Translations under genes and position numbers: made by a program
The notes under the pieces: model-generated
What the model was told of the DNA's origin: nothing
What the model saw: only the letters and a program-made list of their open reading frames with translations
Database searches by the model: none
In this document: positions 26,255 to 39,845 of the stretch, piece by piece
How positions within the stretch are numbered: the first letter of the stretch is position 1
Layout of the letters: every line of letters begins with the position of its first letter
Assembly: GCA_021613535.1 (NCBI GenBank)
Contig: CP075493.1
Location: 2,542,001 to 2,606,000 of the forward strand
Direction of reading: 5' to 3'
From: Adineta vaga
Lineage: Eukaryota > Animalia > Rotifera
Length of the DNA stretch: 64,000 bases

Positions 26255-27933
26255 TTTGAATCTCAATATTTATTTTCGTAATATTTCTGTATTTTCTCAT
26301 TTGTTATTGAAATGATCCCTGGATAGTTTTTATTTTATTTATCTGTAATATAATGTTATTTTATAATAGTGTTGAAAAGTAAATCAAATGAACATGAATT
26401 TTCTCTCATTATTTTCATATGAAATGATAAACATATTGCACAAATAGAACATTTTTTCAACAAGTTCTTGATTGACACTAATAGTTGACAAAACTACCTA
26501 GTTGGAATGTTTGTTCTCAACTTTTTTCTTTTCTTTCTTTCTTTCTTTCTCGTTCTCCTTGAGAACAAGCATCACTGTCGTTATATACATTGTACTATTT
26601 ATTTTGACCCGCAGAGAGTGTAGATGAGATATTTGGTTGTATTTTTTAACAAGCTCTTCAAGTACCATATACAAAAACGACATATTTGCTATTCATTTTA
26701 TACATATATTATATAAATGTCTGTATGTTTTAATTTTTTGCTGCTAGATGTTTTTTTCAAGTAGGTACGTCCATTAAAAAAGTATTCGTTTATGTTTTGC
26801 GTATAATGAAATAAAGAAATACCGAAATCGACATACGAAAATATTGTACCTTTTACCTTCCTTTCCTTCTCTTCTTTGTATTGATGGATGAAGAAGGCAA
26901 TTAGTCTTTTTGAAAAAAAATCAAATACCATGCGTCTCTATATGCAAGTAACATAATCGATCGCATTAGAACATTTGATTTTGCGCATTGAAAATATTGA
27001 TATATTATACATGTATACAGGTAAAATGTTTATGTCATTCAAGGTCGTTTCATCGGTTGTTGACAGAATTATTTTAATGTATGTAGACAGAATATATAAG
27101 AAGAACGAACAAAGCTGTAGGAAATCTAGGTGTGTCGTTCTTTTTTCTTTTGCACTTTCAGATTATACTTTCATCAAATATGTGATTTGTTCTCGACGTT
27201 TGTTTTTTTTTTGAACTTTTTATGAAAGACTAAATGACATCGTAATGATTATCGTTTGATTCGAATGGAATAAATACTTTGTGATATGTGAAGAAGTCGG
27301 AATGATTTGCATAGATTATAAACATTTGTTTTCATGACATTTTTGTCAATATAGGGTATGAAAATGCGATGAATTGATCGAGCGGCGGAAATAAACACAG
27401 ACGTTAAAGAATTCTTTACTGATTAATTCGGTCTTGATAGATGAGGATTTAGATATGGAATGAAGAATATTCTCAACCACATCTGGAGGCTGTGGATTTT
27501 GGAATCAAATCTATTACATATTCATAACTAAATTATAAATAGTTTGAAAAGGAAAATCATTTGAAAAGCTATGCTACCTATATATTGTTCAAAAAACAGT
27601 GATGAATATTTTACTTATTCCCATAATCAATATACTCTTATCCATTGTACAACAAATATCTGTCACTGATTTTCATAAAGAGTTTTGCGTTCTGTTTTTG
27701 TTTCTTTAGTGAGTTATGACTGATATCATTTATCTGTGTTTGCAAAGATAACCGTTACATACAGAGATTGAGGTTTTTCTTTTTCAACACATGCAACAAC
27801 AATTTTTCTATTTCTATGTAACACTTACACATACATCAGTATGTCAGTTACAAATATTAGTGATCACAGATTTACTTTCCGTGAAGGAAAGTATATAATT
27901 GAAAATGAAATGTTTTTTTTTTTGTCAATTAAT

Positions 27934-28743
27934 TTAATTTGGACGAAAACGGAAAGTTGCCCAAACATAAATATGATCGCTACCAAATTGTTTCAATGAA
28001 TCTTCAAGTGTATGATCCAATGTATCATATGCTTTACCATGTTCAATAGGTTCTAGTCGATTGGGATCGTATAAGATATGATCAAGCATCATATTTTCCC
28101 AGTATCCAGGATCACCATAATAAGTAGGAATATTTGTATATTTCGATGCTTCGGAAAACACATTCTCAAAACCAGTCCATTCAAATTCATAATGGTCTTT
28201 AATTTCAGCATTCAAATCACCTGCCATGAGAGAAATAGAATGTGTAGTATCAAGCAAAGTAGTACATCGATCGTAAATCATTTTTGCTTGAACTACTCGA
28301 TGAAAAAAATCAATATGAAGATTTAATAGATGAAGATTTTTCGATGGAATACTAATAATTTGAATTGCATCACCTCGTTCTAAATCGAGAATCCCATTGA
28401 TAATTTTAATTTCCGATGCATAGAGATATTTTTTACGAATAAGTGTAAGGAGTCCATTTGCTTTTGGACTCGGTGTTGGGTTATTAGGTGCGAATTCAAA
28501 AGAGTAATCATCACCTAATCTTTCTTTAAATAAATACAAACGATCTTCTTGCGCTTCTTGAATCATAACAATATCACGACCGAGTGAATAAATATGTTCA
28601 ATGATTAATTTCAAACGAGTTTTTTCATCGTCAGCTAACTCATATAGACTGGGAGTAGGATACCATTCTTTATAAATCCAACAAGGTGCTAAAATATTCC
28701 AACTAAGTAACGATAAATCGTAGGAAGGTGTTGTCGAAGCCAT
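27934..28743 (-). CDS. Endonuclease/exonuclease/phosphatase (EEP) family hydrolase, intronless CDS
   Basis: Catalytic motifs in order: SWNIL, MIQE, NLH, AGDLN, LDHILY, SDH. Confidence 0.85.
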   Translation of the reverse strand: MASTTPSYDLSLLSWNILAPCWIYKEWYPTPSLYELADDEKTRLKLIIEHIYSLGRDIVMIQEAQEDRLYLFKERLGDDYSFEFAPNNPTPSPKANGLLTLIRKKYLYASEIKIINGILDLERGDAIQIISIPSKNLHLLNLHIDFFHRVVQAKMIYDRCTTLLDTTHSISLMAGDLNAEIKDHYEFEWTGFENVFSEASKYTNIPTYYGDPGYWENMMLDHILYDPNRLEPIEHGKAYDTLDHTLEDSLKQFGSDHIYVWATFRFRPN

Positions 28744-29356
28744 ACCTGAGAAAAAAGTGTTCTCTAACAACGAATAGAAAAACCTAGTTATTTATAAATA
28801 TTTATCGGCAAAGACTTCCTGTGAAACCGATAAAAAGGATTCCAATTCCTCGACAACAACGATTTACCCTTATACGATGAGGCACGACCCAACTGAAAAT
28901 CGCTTGTCGAAATTAACGCCATCTATTTATTCAAACTCCAAAAACCAACAGTATTGTATTACCTTGTTTTTTCCACGTTGCTAGATTTTGACATTTTTCA
29001 TCAATAGTACGAATCTTTCCTTTAGAAAATGGACACTCTGTTCTTATTTAGATATATTGAATTAATCCTAGTTTTCATAATGACAATCTATGTTGTATCT
29101 TCATCTAAAACTGGACTCATCAGTTCACACCCGCCAATGTACATTCTCAGAATGTCTGTTAACACCCACAAATAGTTGAAAGATACAATGTTTATGACAT
29201 CTCCGACTGTAAGAAAAGACTTCCGTAGTTTGAGTAAGAATGCAAGTTCACAATATTTCAGAACAAAACGAAAGTTTTAATTAAAAGTATAGATAGTCAA
29301 ATGACAACTGTCATCGTCATATATGCAATCAATTGATAATACACAAGAAAAAACAT

Positions 29357-30601
29357 TTAAACATCGGATATAACTGATGTTTCGGAAATAAATATTGAAG
29401 CTGTTGGTGCTAACGATGAAAAACGATTTTGTCTTGGTAATAAATGTATATCCATTGGTTTTATTGTAACCGATAAATGATGTCGATGATCCATATTACT
29501 TGCTTGAATGTGATCATTAAATAAGATTCGTGTTCTTGTTTTTGTTCGAAGATAATTCGTTTTATTTGTTGTACAAAATAAATTTTGGTCGATAACTGTT
29601 TTTTCATGTGTCAATTGTTTTTCAACGGTCGATAGACAATAAAAAACACGTTTAAAACTTGTACGAAAAATTTCACTAATAAATGCATATATAATCGGAT
29701 TTATTGATGAATTAACAAAAAGTAATAATTGTGTAATACTTGATGTAGAAAAAAGTAATCGACTTGTTTGTGGTAAGATTCCACTTGTCACAAACATTTG
29801 AAATGTCCAATATGGTGAACAACAAAGAAGATGAACAGTGATAACACTTAAAACTAAAACTGTTACTTTTCGTCGTGTACGCATAGATGTTCGAGAACGA
29901 CGATGTTGTTTAGGTATTCGATATTGTAAATGATGAACAATTCTTATATGAAAATAGATCATTAATAATAATGGAATAAAAAATGTTATTATAGATGTAT
30001 AAGCAACGAAAATAAATGGAGGCAAACGAGAATGTTCAAATGGTAAAACAATCGTACATTGAACATTCGTTGATGATGTTGTCGTATCACTTTGTAATGA
30101 TGTAAAAAGAATAATTGGTAACATCAGAAGAAAGGATAGAATCCATACAAGAATTAATAATATATTTGGATTAACACGTGAACGCCATACGATGGATTTT
30201 GTTGAATAACAAACAGCTAGAAATCGATCAAAAGATAAGAGCGCTAAGATAATAATTGATGTATATTGATTAACACCTTGAGTCAAGTAGAATATTTTAC
30301 AAACAAGACGACCAAATATCCATGAACGTACAATGATTAACGAGATAAAAAATGGAACACCACTCAAAAAAATCAAATCTGATAATGCTAAATGTAATAA
30401 ATAGGTATTAGTTACTGTTTTTAAACGTCCATAATTTAATACAACATAAATAACAAGAACATTACCACATAAACCAATTAAAAGAACAATAAATAGAAGA
30501 ATAGATAAAATAAGAATAAATAGATTATTATCATTCGATGGTGATATCAATGAATAAAGATGTGTATTATTCAAAACTTCAAGATCTTCGAACGTGTTCA
30601 T
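29357..30601 (-). CDS. Class A peptide GPCR, somatostatin/allatostatin-C receptor-like
   Basis: GLCGNVLVIYVVL...KTVTNTYLLHLALSD, WIFGRLVCK, NQYTS, SFDRFLAVC, RRKVTVLVL, NSSINPIIYAFISE. Confidence 0.85.
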   Translation of the reverse strand: MNTFEDLEVLNNTHLYSLISPSNDNNLFILILSILLFIVLLIGLCGNVLVIYVVLNYGRLKTVTNTYLLHLALSDLIFLSGVPFFISLIIVRSWIFGRLVCKIFYLTQGVNQYTSIIILALLSFDRFLAVCYSTKSIVWRSRVNPNILLILVWILSFLLMLPIILFTSLQSDTTTSSTNVQCTIVLPFEHSRLPPFIFVAYTSIITFFIPLLLMIYFHIRIVHHLQYRIPKQHRRSRTSMRTRRKVTVLVLSVITVHLLCCSPYWTFQMFVTSGILPQTSRLLFSTSSITQLLLFVNSSINPIIYAFISEIFRTSFKRVFYCLSTVEKQLTHEKTVIDQNLFCTTNKTNYLRTKTRTRILFNDHIQASNMDHRHHLSVTIKPMDIHLLPRQNRFSSLAPTASIFISETSVISDV

Positions 30602-31164
30602 GTTGCTTGTTGCTAAATAGAAAAAAAAACACATACATTTCTTTAAAATGATCAAGTTTGAAACATTTCTATCAAGAAAATACTCATATTCATACTCCTT
30701 TTCTTCACTACTCTCATCTATTATATCTTCTCTCTTTATAATTTCGTATTATTCGCATTTTTGCACTTCAAAGTCAATGATAATGAAAGAACTATTACCC
30801 GAATATTCTTTTTTTTATTAATGTATGAAAACCGACATATGAATACATATTAATTTGTCTTTTATATTTGAAATTCTCTTTTTTCTTTCATAATCATCAT
30901 CTATATCATTAAAATAACAAAGCATACCAATTGACTTGTTATCTTTCTACTTTCAAATCAGTTCTTATGATAATTTTCTACGCAAAAAGAATATTAATGT
31001 AGATTTCCTGTTTATACAAATATATTCCATATGAAGCAACAACTTGTCATAACAATAAAGATACTTCTTCATCAAATTTATTAACGAAAACTTTATTTTT
31101 TAATATTTAATTTATACAAGAAGAACAAACATTGAAACAAATACATGTACATCAATTTATAAAA

Positions 31165-31190
31165 AAACAACAACAACAACAACAACAACA
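31165..31190. repeat. (CAA)n microsatellite
   Basis: Direct reading. Confidence 0.8.
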
Positions 31191-31281
31191 ATGTTTTCTG
31201 TTAACTAATGCTAATGAAGATACGCACATATATTCTCTCATTTGCTTTTTTTGTTCTTTGATCAAAACATCACCGAGATAT

Positions 31282-32860
31282 TTATGTTTCTAAATAAACA
31301 TCACGACTTTCATAAAATAGTATATAACTAGTTTCAGATTGTCGACCAAGATCATGTGTTACACCATAAAATTCTTCAAAATTCGACGGATCCAATTTCT
31401 ATTGAAAACAAGAAAAGTCAAAATCTAAATTTCAATATTTTTCTTCTCTCTTACATCAACTGTTTCATCATCAAAAACAAGCCAAGAAGCATCTCGTTTA
31501 ACAACAGCTATATAATGTCCACGATTTGGTCCAATTCCACAATGAACAACTAATGAAACTAGATCATAGATACGATCATTATTTGTACAATCTTCTGACT
31601 AAAACCAAAAGAAAAACGAAGATAAACTTCACCAAAGTTAATATTGACTTACGGTATTTAATAATCGGAGTTCAAATGGAAAAACAACACGATATGATAA
31701 TTTTTTATATTGTTTAAAAATTTCAATATATTTAAAACGTTTTAAATGTAACGCTAATATACGTGGTAATTTTTTAATACGCATTCTATAAAAGAGAAAA
31801 ATAACAATCGAATAGATCAAGATAAGATTGAATGAGAAAACCTTTTCGTTGCTTCTTGTTTACTTGAACATGTTTCACAAAAATATTTCGATTCGCCAGC
31901 TAATGTTTCAATATTACTAAATACTCGTAAACAAGTTGTAATCGAGGTATTTTCTTCTACATCAATGGATAGATCAAGAAAATTTTCATCTTTACTGTTA
32001 ACCTACAAAGGAAATTATATCAAATCTTTCGGATTATATTTGTAGTGTATACATACAGCTTCACAATTAAGACATTTAGTTGTTGATATAAGTGTTCCTT
32101 GAAAAAGATCATGTATCCAAGTATCGTCTGTCGATGGACCTGTAATATCATTACTTATATTACAGTTCAACGGCGATGTTATTCGATTATGTAATCCATC
32201 ATTATTATGTTGAGGAAAATTGTTTGATTTATTACGTTTATTATCGATTTTATCTTTTTCTTCTTTCTTCTCCGCTACAAATAAACGATGAAAGTTTTCA
32301 ATGTAAATAAATTCTTTTTCTTGTCACTTTACCAAGTAGAATATCACCACATGTATTTAATAAATGATTAAGAAATTCATGTGCATCTTGTTGCATATCA
32401 TTGTCGAATGTATTATTTTCTTTCCGTAATTTATTAATGAATTTCTTTGGTTGTAATGCACCTGTTCGTCGTTTACCATTGATAATCATATGAAATAAAT
32501 CTGCTAAACATGTTAATAACGTTTCTTTTTTTGTCTTTTGTGTTAAACGATAATTTAAAACATGTTCGCGAAATGGTTTACAGAAATAAAGAGCTTGAAG
32601 CACTGAATTACAATAACATGTATTACCAAACTAAATGAAAAGAAAAAAAATGAGATATGTAATGATATTGATTTACATAGAAAAACTAGCACAATCTCGA
32701 TTCGAGTTTACGTACATTTACAAGTCCGAGATAATGTTCATTTGAATTAGATTCAATAGTGGAATTACCGGTTGTATCGGTTGAAATACCATGACCCTAA
32801 ATAGACGGTGTATTTTTTTTTTCAAAATTAATTCATAGAATCAGTTAGAAATTTTACCAT
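31282..32860 (-). CDS. USP46: Ubiquitin-specific protease USP12/USP46, multi-exon
   Basis: HYLGLVN|[59 protein letters not shown]12 and USP46 cannot be told apart from this. Confidence 0.9.
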
Positions 32861-33073
32861 TTTAAAACAAAACATTGGATTCATTGAGAATGTCGTATAT
32901 TCGCAACATATATATATATATCGAATCTGAAAATAAACAAACAAACAAACAAACAAAAATATATCAATATAAACACGATTGTTTTAAACACCATTGAGAA
33001 CGCAAAAAAAGCAAAAAAACATCTCCTGGAATGTTTTCTATCACAATATATCAATGTTCTTTTTCTTCTCCTT

Positions 33074-35444
33074 CTAGTCCTGATGTTGATTTCGTTCAAT
33101 AATAATTGGACGGGAACATAATGCACAATTTTGTGTCGCATAAAACGCTTTTTGTAAACATTTTTGATGAAATATATGAGCACATGGTGTCACACAAGCG
33201 ATACCCGATATCAACGTATTATGACATATTGAACAAATATCATTATATTCTTGAATTTGTTCAGTTGTTGCCAATGGTAATTGATTAACATTATTCCGAG
33301 CTGATTTACGATTTTGAAAGATTTGCCAACCACGACGTAGATTTTTAATGATATTTAAATGTGCATGTATAGCAAGCATTAGAGCACGTAATGCACCACG
33401 AGATTCAAAACATAAGATATAGAAACCATTTAAAAGAAGAAAAACACCGAGAAGAAATTCAAAACATGATGTTGTTGCTTTTATACGAAAGATATATTCA
33501 TCAAATGAATCAGCTGTTGGTAAACGATTATGTGCATCAAGAACATAAACAGTATATTGAGCCAATGAAGCAAGAAGACGGACGATTAATTCTAATGAAA
33601 ATGCTGTTACAGCAAGTAACCAAGTTGAAAATGTTGTTAAACGCCAAAGAATAATTATATAAATAATCACTAAACATAATATTGATACACAAATATAAAC
33701 ATGTCGATGTTGATATGAACGTAGAACAGGCGATGAAAATAGAGATGTTGTCGGTGGATTACTACAATGAAAATAAATCTCAAAATCTCATAATTAAAGA
33801 AGAAACTTACTTGTTTTCATTTTGTTGCTCTTCATTTTCCATTTGTTGATTATTTTCATCTGTTTGATTGAATGCCATTCTTGTTGTCATCGTTTGCATA
33901 GCTATTTTTAGTAATTGTGGCTCAAGAATTGTATGTAGAAAATGAAATAATGCAACAATTAATAGACTAAATGCTTTTAATAACGGAACATGTCGACGAT
34001 TAAGTTCTAATCGTGTTATATTTGATTGAAATAATAGAAGAAAAAACATGACACCAACAACTGTACCAATTTGTTCTACATCTTCTGTCCAGAGATGAAG
34101 AAGACGAAATAAACGATGAGAAATACATTTCATCAGATGTGATACAAGACATGCTAAACTTATCAAACTAAATACGAAAAAAAACAACAACAACAACATA
34201 ATCTTCATTTAAAAAAAAAGCAAAATTCTTACGTAAACATTGTTTCTGTTCCATAGAATAAACTTATAAAATAGATTGTTTTTATTGATGTTTGATTATT
34301 AAACAATTGTTTATTATCGAATGTAATATTCTGTTCCGAATTTGTCATATTCAAATTTAATGTTACATTAGCTATATATGGATTCGTATAAATATTTCGT
34401 ATACATAATGGTAGAACAATAATTTTTGTTAACCAAAATATTTTCAATAATGTTAAAACATGTATTCGATTTTGTAAATAATTGAGTAGTGTTTGAAAAC
34501 CAAGACTTTCATATACATTATAAAGATCTTGAATAAAATCAATACGTATATAATTGATAACTGTGTCTATATGATAAATAAACAATTCGGTTAGATGAAC
34601 AAATGTCCAAAATAAATAATAAGATTTTAATATGTAGACATTGTATTTTGTTGATAGTAAATAACGTGTAAGAATTAATACAAATGGTGCAAAATGACAT
34701 AAACGTGTTTGTATTGTGTACGAACGAACACGTGGACGTATATTGAGCATTTGAATATAAACTGATGATAGTAGAAATTGAAGAATATACATATTGATTG
34801 ATGATGATGTTTGACTATCTGTTATACAACTCATTTGATAATCAAAATAAATAACAAGTAAAGATATTGTATAACTATAGAATATCACAAGATGTCGATC
34901 CGTACATAATAATAAAAGTATCATTGTCAATGATCCTGATAGAGAAGAAAAAAAAACGAGAATTCAATTAAATGATGAGAAATAATAGAAAGAATTTGAT
35001 AGATTTATCTCTTAATAAATATTCTGTATCCAATAGTCTTCATCTCAACTCATTTAAACAGATATTTCTAGTTCTTTGGAAAATATTGTGAAATAATTTA
35101 CCTAGACTTGGTATTAAAAAGTTTAAAATCGATTTAATAGTTGATTCGAATACAAAAATCTTTGCTATATAATAAGTGCTCATGTTTAATACATCTTCAT
35201 CATTATTAGTCGTATCTGTAAGATATTTGAAATAATTTTGAAATAATTTTGAAAATTTCTCCGTAAATAAATAATCATACATAATTATAAATGGCACGCG
35301 TAATAAACAATATTGAATATAAATAATCGTATGTTGTGGAATATATCGATAAAAATAATCTCTAAATCTTCGACCTCGTGTTATATCATTTGTTGTAGAA
35401 TTTAGAAAAAAGTCACCAGCGATATGTACTTCATCATTATCCAT
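33074..35444 (-). CDS. RNF145/RNF139 (TRC8)-like membrane RING-H2 E3 ligase
   Basis: LLRVP TRC8-N start, many TM segments, LPLATTEQIQEYNDICSICH...CAHIFHQKCL...CALC. Confidence 0.85.
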
Positions 35445-35952
35445 TGTTTTTCGTTTTATTTATTGAAAAAAGTAGAAATAATTGAGAAAGATCAATACAC
35501 ACTATGAATGAATTTGGCTCTTGAAATAACAAAATAGATTCAATCATTGGTCAATTGAATTGAACAAATCAAGGGATAAAATAGAGGGCAGTGTATATCA
35601 TTGAATTGAATCGAGCTATATTCTTTTCTTTTTCTCTCTCTCATTGAGAATTCATTTCATTTTGCTTTATTAGAAAAAAATACGCCTCGACAAAGAGACG
35701 AAAAGAAAAAACAGAAAACAAAGTTTGAATAAGATAATAGAAGAGAAAAAGAAAGAAAAACAAACTTCTACATGAGCAAAGAGTTAATAATCTATAAAAT
35801 GGAATGTACAAGATTCAATTAACCAAAGAAAAATACGTGAAAAATTCATATGAATATAAAAAAAACACAAGAAAATCAGTGGACCGTGTCGTCAAAAAAA
35901 CAACTAGATATTTACATAAACGAGAAAAGCTAATTGGTTAAGCTGAAATTTT

Positions 35953-38900
35953 TTATCGATTAATCAACATTGCAAATGAAATAGTAAATAAAAGAAGAAT
36001 AAAGTTAAGTGGTTGAATTGAACTTGCAATAGCAATACGACATTTTAATTGATCGAAACGTGACATTCGAGAATTATTACTCATTAGAATTTCCCATTGA
36101 GTATCCATTGCATCACCATTAAAGAAGTCATTTTGATCGATAAAGGGATATTCATAACCAGGTCGACAACGACATTTATATTTACCTAAACGAAAGCCAC
36201 GACCAAAGATTGGTTCACACTAAAATCAAAATTATACAAGATAGTTTTGTATTTCCAAAAGAAAAAAAAACAACATACCACAGTGCTTTGATAATCACAA
36301 CGATCACTGCCTTTAAATGCATTTGGTACATAATGTGGCATTGCACATTGATTGATATCCAAATAACTAAGATATGCATCGACTCGTACAACACCTCTGC
36401 AAAAAAGAAATCAGACAAGATCATTTAAAATCCTATGCACATAGTAAACAAAACATTCATACTTAAATTCAAGATTGACACCAAGTGCATCAAGTCCAAA
36501 GAATGGTACAGCATAAGTAACAATCCATTGACGTGGTAATGTATAATTTCTACTACATTGAAATGTTGGTGGAAACCATTGACCATGTCTATTGAAAAGA
36601 AAATAGAAAGAAATCTTCTTTATTAATAGGAAAATAATTATGGATTTCTTACTTTAATTCAGGTGCATAGGAATAAAGTGGAAAACCTGATTCATGATGT
36701 ACTAATGCATTACCAGCATAATCTGATCGAATGAATAATTTCAACCAAAATTCAGTTAATTCGGATCGATCAGCATTTGTTGCCCATCGTGCTTTCATTG
36801 TCTAAAAGAATATCACAATAATAATACCATTCATACTGAAATAGATTCATCTTACTCGAAACCAAACTTCATTTTCATATCCATCAGGTAAACCTGCCCA
36901 ATCGACAACAGTATATTTTCGACTAATATCTTTTTCTGGTCGAAATGCATATGGTCCAAAATAAGGTAAACGATAATTACGAAATTTTCCTCGATCAAAA
37001 AATATTCCAACACCAACAACTTTATAATCACCACCAGCAGCGGCAAGAACTTCTCCAATTAATTGTTCATCAGTTAATTCAAGTTCAGCTTTACGTAATG
37101 GAAAATCTTCAGCAGGATTTACAACTTGATAAAAACTCGAAAGAAAATGTGATAAGGTCAATGCTAAACGTGCTTGAGATTCAAATTGAATATCAACATC
37201 ATTTAAAACATCACCTGGCATAGTTAATTCATCTTCAGTCATTAATTCGCAAAGATTTGGATCACGATTGAGACGATCATACAGTTGCATAACGGATGCA
37301 ACACGTGTTGGACGTTCATAAGCAAAACGTTTTGAACGACTCTTTTTTTGATGAATGTCAGATTGATCTTTATCAAAACCTGTTATAAGTCCACCAGATA
37401 AAAAAGCAAATTGTTGAATAGATGATTTGAGAAAGGATACGGTTGGATTTGATATTGCAGCAATTGGATTTACTTTTGAAACTGAATAGAATGAAAAACA
37501 AATTCAATTCGATTCAAAGAAAAACGGTATGTAAATATACTTGATTCCATGAGTGGTGGTAGAATTGGATCTTTACTTAGACCATGGTAGATTGAAGTAT
37601 TAGACATATCAGTATTGGAATCTGCGGAACGACGTGTACGTGCAGCAAAAACTTCAACATTTGATTGATAGAAATTTTGTGGAATTTGTTGATATACTAG
37701 AAAGATACAAATGAGAATAGATTTATTTGTACAAGAGTCTCGTTTGATATTTGAACTTACATTCAACTTTAAGACAATCAAAATTATTGGCATATTCTTC
37801 TTGTGTCGCTTTTTCGATGACATAACCTTTGAATGGACCATCTTGATATGGTGGATATCGAAAACCTGGTTGACAAAGACATTGATAACCACCACGTCGA
37901 AAACCAAAACCCATCAAAGGTTCACAACGTGTCGTTGGTTTACATTTATCAGTTCCTCCAAATAGATTTGGTTGTTTTGATTGTGGATCATTGGATTGTG
38001 CATTTGTTTGACCTGTTTCAGCACATTGATTTATATCCATCATAATAAAATCGATATCTGTGACAGCCACTGCTAAATTACGCATTGCTTGTAAATGACG
38101 ATATTCAGTATGTCGCGGATAGATATCAACAATAGGTGAAACAGCACTTATAATCCATTTATTTGATCGACCACAATCAAAATACGGACGCGTCCATAAG
38201 GTTGGACCTTTTTGAAAAAGGAGAAAAAAATCATTATTTCATTCTGGTATATTTAATAAATACACTTACCTTGAGGATCTTCAGGATGTGGTGGTCCGTA
38301 AAATTCAATATTCTGAGCTACATCACGCAGTTTATACATTCGTTCAGCTAATAATAACTGAACCGTATGGACCGGTTTACCTATAAAAACAGAGAAAAAC
38401 ATATATATACACAATATAATCAATATTTGTACCTCGTCCTTGATCATTTCGTGTTTGATCTGGTAACCATTTACTATACCATTCATTTCCTCGATTATAT
38501 CGTGATGTATATTGGTGATTACGACCTGCGCCAATATCTTCTTCTTGAATTGTATGATTTGTCCATTCATTTTTCCAATTAAACGCATCTAGATATTTCC
38601 AAAAGATTAGTTTGTTTTAACAAGGAGAAATTTAAAAAAAAACAAAGAATTCTTACCATAGAAATCATCTGCACGCCAAGCATATGGACCAAATAAAGGA
38701 ATAGTTTTATTGAAAAAATTCTTATACCAATGCGGATAATATTTATCTTGATCAAAATAAACTCCTGAACCATTAATCATACTTCGGCCACCAGTCACAT
38801 CAGCTATAGAATAATAATAATATTTAAAGAAATTGATATTTTGATTTCTTACCGGCATTATGCAAAAGAATATATGTAAGACCAGGTTCTTCAAAGTCGA

Positions 38901-39216
38901 ATAATCGTTGAAATAAGTAACTGTAAAGCAGTGCATTTCGATGAGCAATATTTCGTACATGTAATAATTGTGTTCTGTTTCTCATGATAATATCTTTTTT
39001 CAGCATTTCAATCGATGGTTTTTGATATACAGCTTCTTCAGGTAGTACTAATTCACTTGGTTGTTTTTGAAAACAGTTTCCACTTGTGACCGAATTAACT
39101 CGATCCATAATTTCATCAATCTTATCATAACTTATCCATTCGAATTGAGATCGACTTTTATCAAAGAAAAGAAGGCAAAGAAAAAGAGAGAAGCATAGAC
39201 GGATAAACAGGGCCAT
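35953..39216 (-). CDS. Secreted / putatively GPI-anchored protein with two GPR158/179-like ectodomain modules (Cache-like + EGF-like)
   Basis: Signal peptide MALFIRLCFSLFLCLLF. Module 1: FGPYAWR...WTRPYFDCG...DINQC...GFRRGGYQCLC. Module 2: FGPYAFR...WFPPTFQC...DINQC...GFRLGKYKCRC. Hydrophobic C-tail; no 7TM. Confidence 0.75.
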
Positions 39217-39845
39217 CACCAAGAATCTAAAATATATAAAATTATAAGAACTTTTTTCATCATCATCAACATCGCTTCTCAAAGACATATTCTTCTCTTC
39301 CTACAGACCATAGTGAATAAATCGATGAATCAACTATAGGTTAGAACACTTGACATTTGATGAATTTTGCGAAAAAAAAGGAATTTTTTTATCAGCATCG
39401 AAAAAGAACTTGTAATTAACAGTTGAACAATCAACAAAATTCACTTCTACTCCTCAATTCATTCATCCGATATTGTTCGTTAAATAAAATGTACAGTAAC
39501 GAGTGATCACCGGTCGAAGGTCATCTGTGTACCACGAATTGACAGCGGCCATATTGAGAATTGAATTGAAATTATGAACTTTTCTACCTGTCACCGAAAC
39601 GATCAATCAGGTAAGTTGAAAAAATTTCTCAATAAAAAATCAAATTTAAAAGAAAGAATTCTTTTTTTGTAAAACAAACCTATTTCTCTTCGTTCTTTTT
39701 CTTAAATATATTATCTATTCTTCAATTGATTGTAGCGCTAGCATTTCTATTGGTACTCTAATTGCGCCAATCACATCTTCGACTACATCTTTTCCTTTGT
39801 TCGAACAAAACCAAACCACAACATAAAATCTTTTTTTATTCTAAA

